From contig JBAYFZ010000001.1 in NCBI GenBank assembly GCA_041666915.1, positions 201,086 to 265,085 of the forward strand: DNA of 64,000 bases, in the 5' to 3' direction. This stretch comes from Minisyncoccota bacterium (GTDB lineage Bacteria > Patescibacteriota > Minisyncoccia > Phycocordibacterales > PALSA-1337). This document shows positions 48,446-58,686 of this stretch, piece after piece. The notes below the pieces were generated by a model. The model did not search any database. It saw only the letters and a program-made list of their open reading frames with translations, and was not told the DNA's origin. Each line of letters starts with the position of its first letter. Within the stretch, counting starts at the first letter, position 1. The position numbers were made by a program, and so were the translations under genes.

Positions 48446-49498
48446 TTAGCCCTTGCCACCACTCTCATTGTTATTTAACGGTTGCATATTCTTTTCGTGG
48501 TCAAAACGAATAAGAATTGTCCCTTGTGGCTTGACTGAAAATTTAACGGGTTCAATGTATGGATTAAACTCCTTCCAATCGGCATTTGGATTTTCTGCCA
48601 AAGCTTCTGAGGATATAACCGACACTTTAACCGGATAACGTTTGAGACCAGCCCGAAACGTCACCTGTACTATAATTTCTTTTAAGAACGAGTACGACGC
48701 ACGGATAATCTGATCCGTATCTTCGTAATCAATACTAAACGTATCGGCAGGAACCGATCGAATACCTTTAATCGTTGGGTTAAACCCACCAGCCGAGACA
48801 TTTTCCGTCGACTTACGATTTCCAGTACCGAGGTCATAGATAATTCGTGAACCATTATTCATAACCAGATTGAATTCCCCATTTCTGGAGACCAATTCTT
48901 TTGTAAGAAAAATGATTCCGCGATCCATCCAATAACCATCACCTTGTCTGAAACTATAGAACCCGTTTTGATTACCATTTTCATCCTTAGTAACGATGTA
49001 AGCATCTGTCATACCAGGAATGACGAACGGGATTCCATAATAATCCAGTTCAACCTTGCAGGCGTCCGAAGGAACTCCCCATCCACCTTTTTGAGGCTCT
49101 AACATAAACTCCTTCTGTCCTGAAAATAAGGCAAAAGAAGTAGAATAACCATCCGACAATGCAATCTCGCGACTATTGTACGAGATGTACGATGTCAACT
49201 TATCGTCAGTAGTTGCATCAAACCGCAAGACCTGAGATCTGGCGACATAGGCCATACGATCAGGGTCCGCATCCTTATAAGGGTAGTCCACGGATTGATA
49301 ACTGTTTCCCTGTACCGACGATCCGTAAACCTGAACGTTAATTCTCCCCACCATTGTCAAGGCGTAAGCCTTGAGAACTTCCTCTGAAGCTAGTGGGATC
49401 TTTTCAGGGATCGCAGTTACAGCCTGTTGGGTTGGGGTTTGAGCAGAGATGCTTAACACGAAAGTTAGCATCATTATTATTGATGACACGATCTTCAT
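48446..49498 (-). CDS. Secreted hypothetical beta-rich protein ending GGKG
   Basis: AAAGGA SD, signal peptide ending ISA-Q; terminator 48391-48430 similar to the neighbour's. Confidence 0.8.
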   Translation of the reverse strand: MKIVSSIIMMLTFVLSISAQTPTQQAVTAIPEKIPLASEEVLKAYALTMVGRINVQVYGSSVQGNSYQSVDYPYKDADPDRMAYVARSQVLRFDATTDDKLTSYISYNSREIALSDGYSTSFALFSGQKEFMLEPQKGGWGVPSDACKVELDYYGIPFVIPGMTDAYIVTKDENGNQNGFYSFRQGDGYWMDRGIIFLTKELVSRNGEFNLVMNNGSRIIYDLGTGNRKSTENVSAGGFNPTIKGIRSVPADTFSIDYEDTDQIIRASYSFLKEIIVQVTFRAGLKRYPVKVSVISSEALAENPNADWKEFNPYIEPVKFSVKPQGTILIRFDHEKNMQPLNNNESGGKG

Positions 49499-49539
49499 AC
49501 TTTTTCCTTTTTTTGGTTTTTTGTTTGGTTTTTACAACA

Positions 49540-49797
49540 TCATTTAATGACTGGCTGAGCACGATACTCAACCGTCACCCTATTAGTCAGACTGGACTTA
49601 GACTCCAACACGACAGGTGTTTGAGTCTTAACAACTGCAGGACTAATCTGCAAAGTCGCTGGTACTATAGGGGCATCCTTCATCTTACAATTAGAGGTAG
49701 CGATCCCGAGGACCGATGCCATAATTATCAAACTAAAGATACAAATCCAAATATTTGAATCTTTGGATTTTTCCGTACTTTCAATATTTTTTCGCAT
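49540..49797 (-). CDS. Hypothetical membrane or lipoprotein
   Basis: MRKNIEST..., TM then ATSNC; start uncertain. Confidence 0.55.
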   Translation of the reverse strand: MRKNIESTEKSKDSNIWICIFSLIIMASVLGIATSNCKMKDAPIVPATLQISPAVVKTQTPVVLESKSSLTNRVTVEYRAQPVIK

Positions 49798-50014
49798 AAC
49801 TTTGTTTCCAAGTTTTTTCATCCAACAAAAACCATATCTTCTCGCACACACGAAAAGATAAAACTACGGCTTATCTTAGCCGTAATTCACAATATGTGGT
49901 TTTCAAGGAATGAAAATAGGCTTTTGAGCCTTTGTTTAATCTCCTAGTAGACTAGCATACATAAGCCCTATATGTCAAGTAGTATGAAAAAGCTACTCGG
50001 CGTACAATAAACCG

Positions 50015-51196
50015 ATGAAAAACCCTTTAACTTGGCTGTCCCGTCGTCGTTTTCCATACGAACCCCTCATCAAGGTTGAGATATCAAAAAGTAGACTTAC
50101 TCACAATTTGAACGAGTTCAAAAAACTAGCTCCAGAAAATAAAATCGCTCCTGTTTTGAAAAGTAACGCCTATGGACATGGATTGTTGGAAATCGCTAAC
50201 CTTCTAGAATCAGAAATAAAAAAGAGTGGGATAATGAAAAAACACCTCCCCTTCTTCGTTGTTGATTCATATTTTGAAGCAGTAGCATTACGAGCAAAAG
50301 GGATCAAAACTCCTCTGTTGATTATCGGATACACCCGACCAGAAACTATATTAACTTCACATCTTTCCCATATCAGTTACACCATCTCAAATCTGGAATC
50401 ATTACAAGCTATAAAAAATTGCAAGCACACAATTTCCATTCATTTGAAAATAGATACCGGAATGCATCGTCAAGGGATACTACCAAGTGAAATAGATCAG
50501 ACTATTCAATATCTCAAAAATAGTCCTAGGGTATCACTAGATGGTATCTGTTCTCATCTATGCGATGCTGATAATCAAGATTCAAAATTTACAAAAAATC
50601 AAATTTCTATATGGAATAATGCTGTCAAAAAAATAAAAAATGAATTCCCTAACATTAAATACATTCATCTAAGTGCTACCGATGGACACAAATATTCTCC
50701 TATTATAGAAGCTAACGTTTCCAGACTTGGTTTGGGTCTTTATGGTATTACAGAAAAATTTAACGCTGAACTAGACCTTCAACCTGTCTTAGAGATGAAG
50801 ACTATCATTACAGGGATAAAAAAACTAAGACAGGGAGAAACTATAGGCTACAACAATACTTTCAAGGCAGAACGAGATATGACCGTAGCCACGATACCCG
50901 TCGGATATTTTGAAGGTGTAGATCGTAAATTATCTAATATTGGCGCTATTGAAGTTGTCCACGGATCAACAAATCAGAAAACAATCTGCCCCATCATAGG
51001 CAGAGTCAGTATGAATATTACGAGTATAGATATTTCTGGTATAAGTGATGTCTCTATTGGTACTGAGGTTATAGTGATCAGTAACAATCCTTCAAATAAA
51101 AATTCTATTCAATCTATCTCCAAACTCTGTGGAACTATTGAGTACGAAAGAGCTGTTCATATTCCTGAACATTTAAAAAGGGTCATAAGTTGCTAA
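50015..51196 (+). CDS. alr: Alanine racemase
   Basis: VLKSNAYGHG, HLKIDTGMHRQG, SH, GYFEG, IGRVSM. Confidence 0.95.
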   Translation: MKNPLTWLSRRRFPYEPLIKVEISKSRLTHNLNEFKKLAPENKIAPVLKSNAYGHGLLEIANLLESEIKKSGIMKKHLPFFVVDSYFEAVALRAKGIKTPLLIIGYTRPETILTSHLSHISYTISNLESLQAIKNCKHTISIHLKIDTGMHRQGILPSEIDQTIQYLKNSPRVSLDGICSHLCDADNQDSKFTKNQISIWNNAVKKIKNEFPNIKYIHLSATDGHKYSPIIEANVSRLGLGLYGITEKFNAELDLQPVLEMKTIITGIKKLRQGETIGYNNTFKAERDMTVATIPVGYFEGVDRKLSNIGAIEVVHGSTNQKTICPIIGRVSMNITSIDISGISDVSIGTEVIVISNNPSNKNSIQSISKLCGTIEYERAVHIPEHLKRVISC

Positions 51197-51235
51197 ACAA
51201 GCCAAATAATATTAGAATCATTGGGTTCGCCAAAA

Positions 51236-51319
51236 GCGCAGGTGGCAGAGCGGTCAATTGCAATGGACTGTAAATCCATCGCCCTATGGGCTACGAAGGT
51301 TCAAATCCTTCCCTGCGCA
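51236..51319 (+). tRNA. trnY: tRNA-Tyr (GTA)
   Basis: GCGCAGG/CCTGCGC stem, ATGGA-CT-GTA-AA-TCCAT, long variable arm, GTTCAAATC. Confidence 0.96.
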
Positions 51320-51450
51320 CTACGAAAAAACCGAGTTTTACTCGGTTTTTGAGTGGGCGCAGAGCGACGTGCCTGAGTACGTCGCAGTAAAAAAATCCTT
51401 CCCTCAAAATTTTCTTTTGCTTCTTTTTGAAGTTGGTGTATCATTCCTAA

Positions 51451-51768
51451 ATGGAAATAATTTATTGGAATGAAAAAGTACAAGAATTTATAGACGGTCT
51501 CGATAAGATCACATCCTCCCGCGTAAAAAAGACGATAAATTCTCTGGAAAAATTCGGACATTTATTAGGAATGCCTGATTCTAAAAGCTTAGGTAAGGGA
51601 TTATTTGAACTTAGAACTCTCGGTAAAAATCAAATAAGAATTTTGTATATATTCCATGACAATAAGGTTTATATTATTCACGGTTTTATCAAAAAAGCTT
51701 GGAAAATAAGTATAAAAGACATTAGTTATGCTAGGAGAATTCAGAATGAGGTCGTTGGATTTGCATAA
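51451..51768 (+). CDS. Type II toxin, RelE/HigB (Gp49-like)
   Basis: GMPDSKSLGKGLFELR, RILY, HGFIKK. Confidence 0.88.
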   Translation: MEIIYWNEKVQEFIDGLDKITSSRVKKTINSLEKFGHLLGMPDSKSLGKGLFELRTLGKNQIRILYIFHDNKVYIIHGFIKKAWKISIKDISYARRIQNEVVGFA

Positions 51769-51794
51769 TATACCGTATATGCTATATTAGTACC

Positions 51795-52064
51795 ATGATG
51801 AAAACGCACAAACAAGTCATGGAAGAATTTCTTAGGGATCCAGAAAATAAGAAAGCTTATGATAGTCTTGAAGTTGAATTCAAAATTCACGATGCACTTA
51901 TAGAAGCCCGAATCCAAAAGAAACTCACTCAAAAACAGTTAGCTTCAAAACTGGGGATTACCCAATCAGCTCTTGCACGTTTTGAATCTGGCAGAACAAA
52001 TCCCACTCTTTCTTTTCTCCAAAAAATTACTTCTGGATTGGGTTTGAAACTTACCATAATTTAG
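51795..52064 (+). CDS. Xre-HTH antitoxin (HigA-like)
   Basis: LTQKQLASKLGITQSALARFESGRTNPTL; toxin-first order. Confidence 0.88.
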   Translation: MMKTHKQVMEEFLRDPENKKAYDSLEVEFKIHDALIEARIQKKLTQKQLASKLGITQSALARFESGRTNPTLSFLQKITSGLGLKLTII

Positions 52065-52143
52065 ATTATTATAGTCAATAGTAGTTACCACAAAAAAACC
52101 GAGACATCCTCGGCTTTTTGTTTCTATTTTCTTTATTATTATA

Positions 52144-53088
52144 TTATTTCTGTGCCAATGAATGTGTTGGTAGACCTTCGGCGTAAATACGCTGAACTTC
52201 TGAAGCAGTAAGACTCTTGCCTGCGAACATGACTTCATCGTAATAACCACCGGCTACCCAGTCATTGTTATAGGAAAGCAAAATATATTTAACATTAGTC
52301 ATATTACCCGTCGCAAAGACATCAGAAGCCGTTACCTGTTTTCCATTTATATACAAAGAATAACTAGAAGTCGTAGTATCAATTTTCTTTACTGATACAG
52401 CAAGATGAGCCCACTGATTTGATTTGATACTAAAAGCAACATCCCCTAGATAAGCAGAAACAAATGGCCTAATCGTATTGACACTTGAAACTGAATCATA
52501 TTGTGCATATAAAGCAAAAGTCGAAGCGTTATCAGCATTACCAACACCAAACATCATACCCGTAAAACTTGTTCTATGACTTGTTGGTTTAAACCAAAAA
52601 CTAAAAGAATAATCTCCGTTACTAAAATTAATTAAATCGGAAGTTGAGACAAACTTAAGTCCATCAACAAAAGGAGATGCTGCTATATTACCGAAATTAT
52701 TACCCCTTTTATACAAATCTGTATCTCCTGTAAAAGGAGATCCACCAAAAGACGAACTCAAATACACACCATTGATACACGTAAATGCAACTGAAGGACA
52801 AGGACCATTTACACCAACACTCTTTCCCAAATTAGGTACAGAATATAAACCAGCAGAGGTCCAACTTGCATTATCAAAATCAAAGTAAACCAAAGCATCA
52901 TCATACAGAGCCGACTTTGTGTTGTTGGCAAAAGTTTTGCCAGCTGCAACATATGCAGTGGCTCGAACATTACCCAGAGTAACCAACGTTATTGATGCCA
53001 ACGTTCCAATAATAGAAATAACCACCAAAAGTTCAATAAGAGTAAAACCTGAACTTCTGTGTTTGCTTGTAAAGTTAATGATTTTCAT
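52144..53088 (-). CDS. Type IV pilin-like protein with LamG/ConA lectin-like domain
   Basis: G|FTLIELLVVISIIG prepilin motif; SFSFWFKP, WAHLAV, LYING, DEV...LTASEV. Confidence 0.9.
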   Translation of the reverse strand: MKIINFTSKHRSSGFTLIELLVVISIIGTLASITLVTLGNVRATAYVAAGKTFANNTKSALYDDALVYFDFDNASWTSAGLYSVPNLGKSVGVNGPCPSVAFTCINGVYLSSSFGGSPFTGDTDLYKRGNNFGNIAASPFVDGLKFVSTSDLINFSNGDYSFSFWFKPTSHRTSFTGMMFGVGNADNASTFALYAQYDSVSSVNTIRPFVSAYLGDVAFSIKSNQWAHLAVSVKKIDTTTSSYSLYINGKQVTASDVFATGNMTNVKYILLSYNNDWVAGGYYDEVMFAGKSLTASEVQRIYAEGLPTHSLAQK

Positions 53089-53141
53089 ATGCTGTTGATT
53101 ATACAATAATACTTAATTAAATAATAATCTATAGTTATCCA

Positions 53142-53945
53142 CTACTTACATAAACTCTTGATTTCAACCACAATCTGATCCAATGACGTAGAAGCCTTCA
53201 CCAGAAACTTATTGGCACCCAAATCCTTTGCTTTTTCAATATCAGAAGACTTGCTTAGATTGGATAATACCATTCTTGGCACTTTTTGTAGAGCAGAATT
53301 ATCTTTGATTTTCTGTAAAATATCAAAACCGCCCATACCAGGCAAAAGAAGGTCAATAACTATCACATCTGGTACTCTGGATTCTAAAGATTTGATAGCT
53401 TCTTCGCCACTCATAGCATGAACCAGATCAAAACCAGAAGAAACCAATTTTTTTGACAAAATCGTACCTATCAACTTGTCATCTTCTATCCACAAAATCT
53501 TCTTCTTTGTTATTGGAGAAAGTTCTGATTCATCAACAGTAGCTTGTGGATAATCAAAAAATTCATTTATATTTTTCAAAATTTCTACAGGTTTAGTGGG
53601 TGGTGAAATGATGATCTGAGCATTACTATCTCTAGGAATACTATTCATATTTATAACCGCTCCAGATGTAGAAAGTAAAATAACAGGAATTTTTGACAGT
53701 AACGGCTCTGCTTGTTTCCTTTTCAAAATTTGATATCCATCAGTATCCGGCAGAGTAACATCCAATATAATGAGGTGCGGTAATATATCATACACATTCT
53801 TCAAACCTTCTTCGCCATTTTTGATAAGGAAAACACTTTCATAACCATCTGCTTTTAGAGTATCAAGCAATTGTTTTCCAAAAGATTCGGAACTTTCTAT
53901 AATGACGATTTTTTCCTTCTTAAAAGAAAGAGTGTTCGTAGCCAT
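53142..53945 (-). CDS. Dual receiver-domain response regulator, no output domain
   Basis: Two REC domains (ILDVTLP; IEDD...IDLLLP...FLVK). Confidence 0.88.
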   Translation of the reverse strand: MATNTLSFKKEKIVIIESSESFGKQLLDTLKADGYESVFLIKNGEEGLKNVYDILPHLIILDVTLPDTDGYQILKRKQAEPLLSKIPVILLSTSGAVINMNSIPRDSNAQIIISPPTKPVEILKNINEFFDYPQATVDESELSPITKKKILWIEDDKLIGTILSKKLVSSGFDLVHAMSGEEAIKSLESRVPDVIVIDLLLPGMGGFDILQKIKDNSALQKVPRMVLSNLSKSSDIEKAKDLGANKFLVKASTSLDQIVVEIKSLCK

Positions 53946-53978
53946 ACCACTATTTTAGCATATAACAAAAATAAAGGT

Positions 53979-56066
53979 TTACTTCTTTTTCTTGATTATT
54001 GCAATACCAAATTTCTCCTCCAAAACGAACAATTCATCTCGTATTAGAGCCGCGGTTTCAAAATCAAGATTTTTGACTGCTTCAGCCATTTGCTCCTCCT
54101 TTTGCTTAAAAAGTAACTTCGGATTGGTCTTACCCAATTCTTCATCTATAAGGATCAACTCATGTACAGCTTTTTCATGTTCAGTCCTCAAATGATCCGT
54201 AATATCATGAATATTTTTTATAATAGTCTTAGGAGTGATGTTATGTTTGGTATTATAAGCAACCTGAATAGCGCGTCTACGATCGGTCTCTTTGATTGCC
54301 CTATCTATTGAACCAGTGACATTGTCTGCATAGAGAATAACTTTACCAGCAGAATTACGAGCTGCTCTACCGATAGTTTGAATAAGAGAAGTCTCTGAAC
54401 GCAAAAAACCTTCTTTATCTGCGTCAAGAATACCTATAAGAGAAACTTCTGGCAGATCCAATCCTTCACGAAGCAAGTTAACCCCAACCAAACATTCATA
54501 TTTTCCCCTTCTAAATTCTGTAAGAATAGTAATTCTTTCCATAGTTTTTATATCACTATGTAAATAAGTAGTTTTTATACCCTTCTCTTTCAAAAATTCA
54601 GAAAGATCCTCTGCCATTTTCTTTGTAAGCGTAGTAGCAAGGACACGATCACCTTTTTTTATTGTCTTTTCCGTTTCATTTATAAAATCAAAAATCTGAC
54701 CTTTATATTTTCCGCTTTCGCGAATAGGTCTGATTTCAACTTCTGGGTCTATAAGTCCAGTTGGTCTGATAACTTGTTCTACTATTTGCTTACTAGTCTC
54801 ATGCTCATAATCAGAAGGTGTAGCAGAAGTGTAGATCATCGGACCAACCCTTTCCAAAAATTCTGCAAAATTAAGCGGGCGATTGTCTTTGGCAGAAGGT
54901 AGACGAAAACCGTGTTCAACAAGGGTTTCCTTACGAGAAGCATCACCAGCGAACATGCCTCGGATTTGTGGTATAGCCACATGTGACTCATCAATAATAG
55001 TCAAAAAATCTGGTACTTTTTTAGCATTTGGACCAGCCCCGAGCGTAATTGATGGAAAATATGAGAGTAAAGTATCTGGCGGTTCGCCTGGCATTTTGCC
55101 AGAAAAATGACGAGAATAATTTTCAATACCATTCGTATATCCAACTTCACGAATCATAGAAAGATCGTATTTGACTCTGCGCTTCAATCTTTCTACTTCC
55201 AAAGTCTTACCTTCCTTCTCCATAACTTTCAATCTATCAGCCAATTCGGCCTGAATAGTTTTGACGGCTTTTTCACTCTGTTCAGGACTACTGATAAAAT
55301 GTTTGGCTGGAAAAATGAAGATGGTGCGACCCTCGTCCCGATGTTCAACATCAGAATCACGAACAGCTCTAGAAACAGGGTCCAATTCTACAATATGACT
55401 GATAACGCCACCATCAAATTCTATTCTGAAAATAGTCTTTTCATTGACCGGCATAATTTCTAAAGTATTTCCAAGTGCACGAAATTGACCAGAATTGATA
55501 TCTGCGTTTGTACGAACAAAATGAATATCTATAAGTTTACGGATAAGTTCTGAACGAGACAATTCCATACCTACTTTTATCTTCAAATTTACTTTTTCAT
55601 ATTCTTCTGGACTTCCCAGACCGTAAATACAAGAAACCGATGCAACTATGATCACATCTTTTCTTGTAAGCAAAGCTTGTGTGGAGGCGTGGCGAAGTCT
55701 CTCAATCTCTTCGTTGATCATCGCTTCTTTTTCTATATAAGTATCAGTTGCTGGCATATACGCCTCTGGCTGATAGTAGTCATAATAAGAGACGAAATAA
55801 TGAACAGCGTTATTTGGAAAAAATTCTTTGTATTCTTGAGCGAGTTGAGCAGCCAAAGTCTTGTTATGAGCAATAACTAGAGTAGGTTTACCATAAGAAG
55901 CAATAACATTGGCCATGGTAAAAGTCTTACCTGAACCGGTAACACCGAGCAGGGTTTGCCTATCAAAAGACTTCTCCAAGCCCTCTATAAGGCCTTTTAT
56001 AGCCTTTGGCTGGTCTCCAGCGGGTTTGAATGGAGTAGCTAGCTTGAATGGTGATTTACCTGACAT
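53979..56066 (-). CDS. uvrB: Excinuclease ABC subunit B
   Basis: PAGDQP, GVTGSGKT, YYDYYQPEAY, DESH, LLREGLD, QTIGRAARN, UVR domain. Confidence 0.98.
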   Translation of the reverse strand: MSGKSPFKLATPFKPAGDQPKAIKGLIEGLEKSFDRQTLLGVTGSGKTFTMANVIASYGKPTLVIAHNKTLAAQLAQEYKEFFPNNAVHYFVSYYDYYQPEAYMPATDTYIEKEAMINEEIERLRHASTQALLTRKDVIIVASVSCIYGLGSPEEYEKVNLKIKVGMELSRSELIRKLIDIHFVRTNADINSGQFRALGNTLEIMPVNEKTIFRIEFDGGVISHIVELDPVSRAVRDSDVEHRDEGRTIFIFPAKHFISSPEQSEKAVKTIQAELADRLKVMEKEGKTLEVERLKRRVKYDLSMIREVGYTNGIENYSRHFSGKMPGEPPDTLLSYFPSITLGAGPNAKKVPDFLTIIDESHVAIPQIRGMFAGDASRKETLVEHGFRLPSAKDNRPLNFAEFLERVGPMIYTSATPSDYEHETSKQIVEQVIRPTGLIDPEVEIRPIRESGKYKGQIFDFINETEKTIKKGDRVLATTLTKKMAEDLSEFLKEKGIKTTYLHSDIKTMERITILTEFRRGKYECLVGVNLLREGLDLPEVSLIGILDADKEGFLRSETSLIQTIGRAARNSAGKVILYADNVTGSIDRAIKETDRRRAIQVAYNTKHNITPKTIIKNIHDITDHLRTEHEKAVHELILIDEELGKTNPKLLFKQKEEQMAEAVKNLDFETAALIRDELFVLEEKFGIAIIKKKK

Positions 56067-56120
56067 ATTCTCACAATAACATCAAAATCGGGTTATGACC
56101 ACATATCAACATGGCCCCTA

Positions 56121-57218
56121 TTATTTAATGTACTTAGAAACATTCGCCACCATTCCTGATATTGCCAAAGTGATAATAAGCGCAGTTCCTCCGTGACTGA
56201 CGAATAACAACGGAACTCCTGATAATGGTATAAGTCCTATCATAGCCGAAATATTCATGAAAGATTCTGTAATAATGAGTACACCTATACCCATGACCAT
56301 GAGCCCACCGAAAACATCTGGTGACCTATTCCCTATTCTGAAAATACTAGCAATCAAAAGTAAATACAAACCAATAAGAGCAATACTACCTAGAAAACCG
56401 AATTCTTCAGCTGTTACAGCAAAAATGGAGTCATCGGTCGGTTGAGGTAAATAACCGAACTTTTGAATACTTTGACCAAAACCTCTTCCAGTCAATTGTC
56501 CTGAACCTATCGCAATCAAAGATTGATTGATCTGATAACCAGAACCTTGAGTATCTGAACCGCGATTCAAAAATGTCTTGACTCTATCTAGAGCGTATGG
56601 ACGAATCAAGACAACTCCACCAACCATTATGCCCATAAGGACCATTATAAGAATAATTTGTCTAAACCGTATACCAGCTATAAAAAGCATCGCAAGTCCA
56701 GTGGTTGCAATGATGACCAAAGTATCTGTATCTCTCTGAATCAATAAGAGTGTACCTAGCACAGCCATAATGACTAAATAAGGTAGAGTTCCAAATTTGA
56801 AACCTTCAATCTTATCCTTTATAAAATAAATCCAAGCCGCCATATAGATAATAAAAGCAATCTTCAACAATTCTGATGGTTGAAAAGATAATGGGCCGAT
56901 GGCAAGCCAACGCGAAGCCCCATTGAAATGAATAGTCAAACTAGGAATAAAAAGAAGTAGGTTAACTAAAATCGCTCCAATAAGTATAAAAAGTGCTGAT
57001 TTGCGTAACCAAGAATAATGAATTTTGGAAAAAACAAGAAAAGCGATAATGCCGAGGATTAGACTTATAGTTTGTTTAATCGCAACAGTTTCAAAAGAAG
57101 CACCATCTTGTGCCAAAAGTCCCATTGAGACAGATAGAAAAACGACAAAACCAGCCAACGTCAATGTGCTAACGGAGATGAGAAAAAAACGGTCAATTTT
57201 TGAAAAGAATGAAATCAT
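56121..57218 (-). CDS. ftsW: SEDS peptidoglycan polymerase FtsW
   Basis: GASRW, FQPSE, GYQ..QSLIAIGSG, EEFG, GVPLLFVSHGG. Confidence 0.9.
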   Translation of the reverse strand: MISFFSKIDRFFLISVSTLTLAGFVVFLSVSMGLLAQDGASFETVAIKQTISLILGIIAFLVFSKIHYSWLRKSALFILIGAILVNLLLFIPSLTIHFNGASRWLAIGPLSFQPSELLKIAFIIYMAAWIYFIKDKIEGFKFGTLPYLVIMAVLGTLLLIQRDTDTLVIIATTGLAMLFIAGIRFRQIILIMVLMGIMVGGVVLIRPYALDRVKTFLNRGSDTQGSGYQINQSLIAIGSGQLTGRGFGQSIQKFGYLPQPTDDSIFAVTAEEFGFLGSIALIGLYLLLIASIFRIGNRSPDVFGGLMVMGIGVLIITESFMNISAMIGLIPLSGVPLLFVSHGGTALIITLAISGMVANVSKYIK

Positions 57219-57245
57219 TTTTATAAAATAAAAATCTAACCAAAA

Positions 57246-57779
57246 TTACTCTTGTTGTGCCTTTTTGAAATTTTCTATCTCAGCTTTGACTTGTCCATAT
57301 TCTGGCAGATCTTCAATCTTTGAAATACCCATATGAGACAAAAGAGCCAAGGTTGGTTTGTAGAGAAAACTACGAGCGTCTACGGGATTATCTACACGTT
57401 CCACAAGTCCTCTGATGAGAAGGTTTCGCAAAATAAATTGCGAATTGACACCACGTATATAATCTATATCTGCGCGAGAAATAGGTCCTTGATACAAAAT
57501 GATTGAAAGTGTTTCCAAACCAGCTTTACCCAAATCACGGGTCAGTTCTTCTTTTGTAATATCTTCTATCAAAGATGAAAGCTCCTTGGCTGTTCCAAGC
57601 ATCACTTCTTCATCATCACGAACCAAAGAAAGTCCACGACCCTTCAGGTTTTGCTCTAATTGATCCAACCCTTGAACGATCGCAGAATTATCAACCTTCA
57701 ATAAAGATGCCAACTTTTTTATAGATATTGGTTCCGCTTTCCAAAAAAGTAAGGCTTCAATTTTTTGTGATAATTCCAT
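57246..57779 (-). CDS. scpB: Segregation and condensation protein B
   Basis: IEALLF, LETLSIILYQGP, IRGVNS, EDLP. Confidence 0.95.
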   Translation of the reverse strand: MELSQKIEALLFWKAEPISIKKLASLLKVDNSAIVQGLDQLEQNLKGRGLSLVRDDEEVMLGTAKELSSLIEDITKEELTRDLGKAGLETLSIILYQGPISRADIDYIRGVNSQFILRNLLIRGLVERVDNPVDARSFLYKPTLALLSHMGISKIEDLPEYGQVKAEIENFKKAQQE

Positions 57780-57823
57780 GGGATTATTGTAACATTTCTT
57801 TTGTCATTTTCGCTTTTTTTGTT

Positions 57824-57941
57824 GTCATTCCCGCGAAGGCGGGAATCCAGGATTATTACAAGATAACATCTATTTAATATTTAAATATAATACGAGATTG
57901 TCTGTGGTTATACACTGGATTCCCGCCTTCGCGGGAATGAC
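57824..57941. repeat. dRS3-like REP doublet, copy 6
   Basis: Inverted arms between scpA and scpB. Confidence 0.95.
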
Positions 57942-57946
57942 ACATC

Positions 57947-58669
57947 TTAGTATCTCGGCACCCCAACCTCTTTCGTCTCCATCTGAATATCGCCGAAGGT
58001 CTTCTCTTGACTAACATGTACTATCCCTTGTTTGACCAATTCAAGCATGGCAAGAAAACTAACGATGACATTCACACGATTTTCCTTGTGTTCTTTGGTA
58101 AATTCCTTGAAACTCATACGGAGATGACTGGTAATACGAGTCGTGAGAGTCCCTATCATATCTTCAAGACTTATAACTTTTTTAATCAAAACTTTTGGTG
58201 CATTCTCCTTCTTTGGTAAACGGTTGATAAGGTCCTTCAATGAATACAAAGCTTTTTCTAAGGTAAATTCTGGTTCTGGTGTAAAAACTGGGATGATAGG
58301 TTTAGATTGTGATGGTGAAAAGATAACTTGCTCACCAAAAAGTTTGCTTACATTTAAGCTAGCATCTTTAATTCTCTTGTAAATCTTCAAGCGCGTCTCA
58401 AGATCGTGGATATCTACTTGTTCTTCTTGGGTCAAAGCCAATTCTGGAAGTAATGATTTTGATTTGATGAGGAGTAACGTTGAAGCAACCAAAATAAAGT
58501 GAGCTGACTCACCTATTTCTACATTTCCCATGTCTCTCACATGCAAAATAAAATCATCCGTGACTTTCGCCAAAGAAATATCACTAATAAAAAGTTTACG
58601 TTTTTCTATAAGATCCAACAATAGATCCAGAGGACCTTCAAATGATTGTGTTTTTATAGTAAACGACAT
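57947..58669 (-). CDS. scpA: Segregation and condensation protein A
   Basis: FEGPLDLLL, IKSKSLLP, FLAMLEL, FGDI. Confidence 0.95.
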   Translation of the reverse strand: MSFTIKTQSFEGPLDLLLDLIEKRKLFISDISLAKVTDDFILHVRDMGNVEIGESAHFILVASTLLLIKSKSLLPELALTQEEQVDIHDLETRLKIYKRIKDASLNVSKLFGEQVIFSPSQSKPIIPVFTPEPEFTLEKALYSLKDLINRLPKKENAPKVLIKKVISLEDMIGTLTTRITSHLRMSFKEFTKEHKENRVNVIVSFLAMLELVKQGIVHVSQEKTFGDIQMETKEVGVPRY

Positions 58670-58686
58670 TTTAAACACTAGGACTA

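Noticed and set aside
4839-53142. DnaA-box-like TTATCCAC(A) near 4839, 12265, 28151 and 53134 as oriC
   Set aside because: Single scattered boxes, with no cluster and no dnaA or dnaN.
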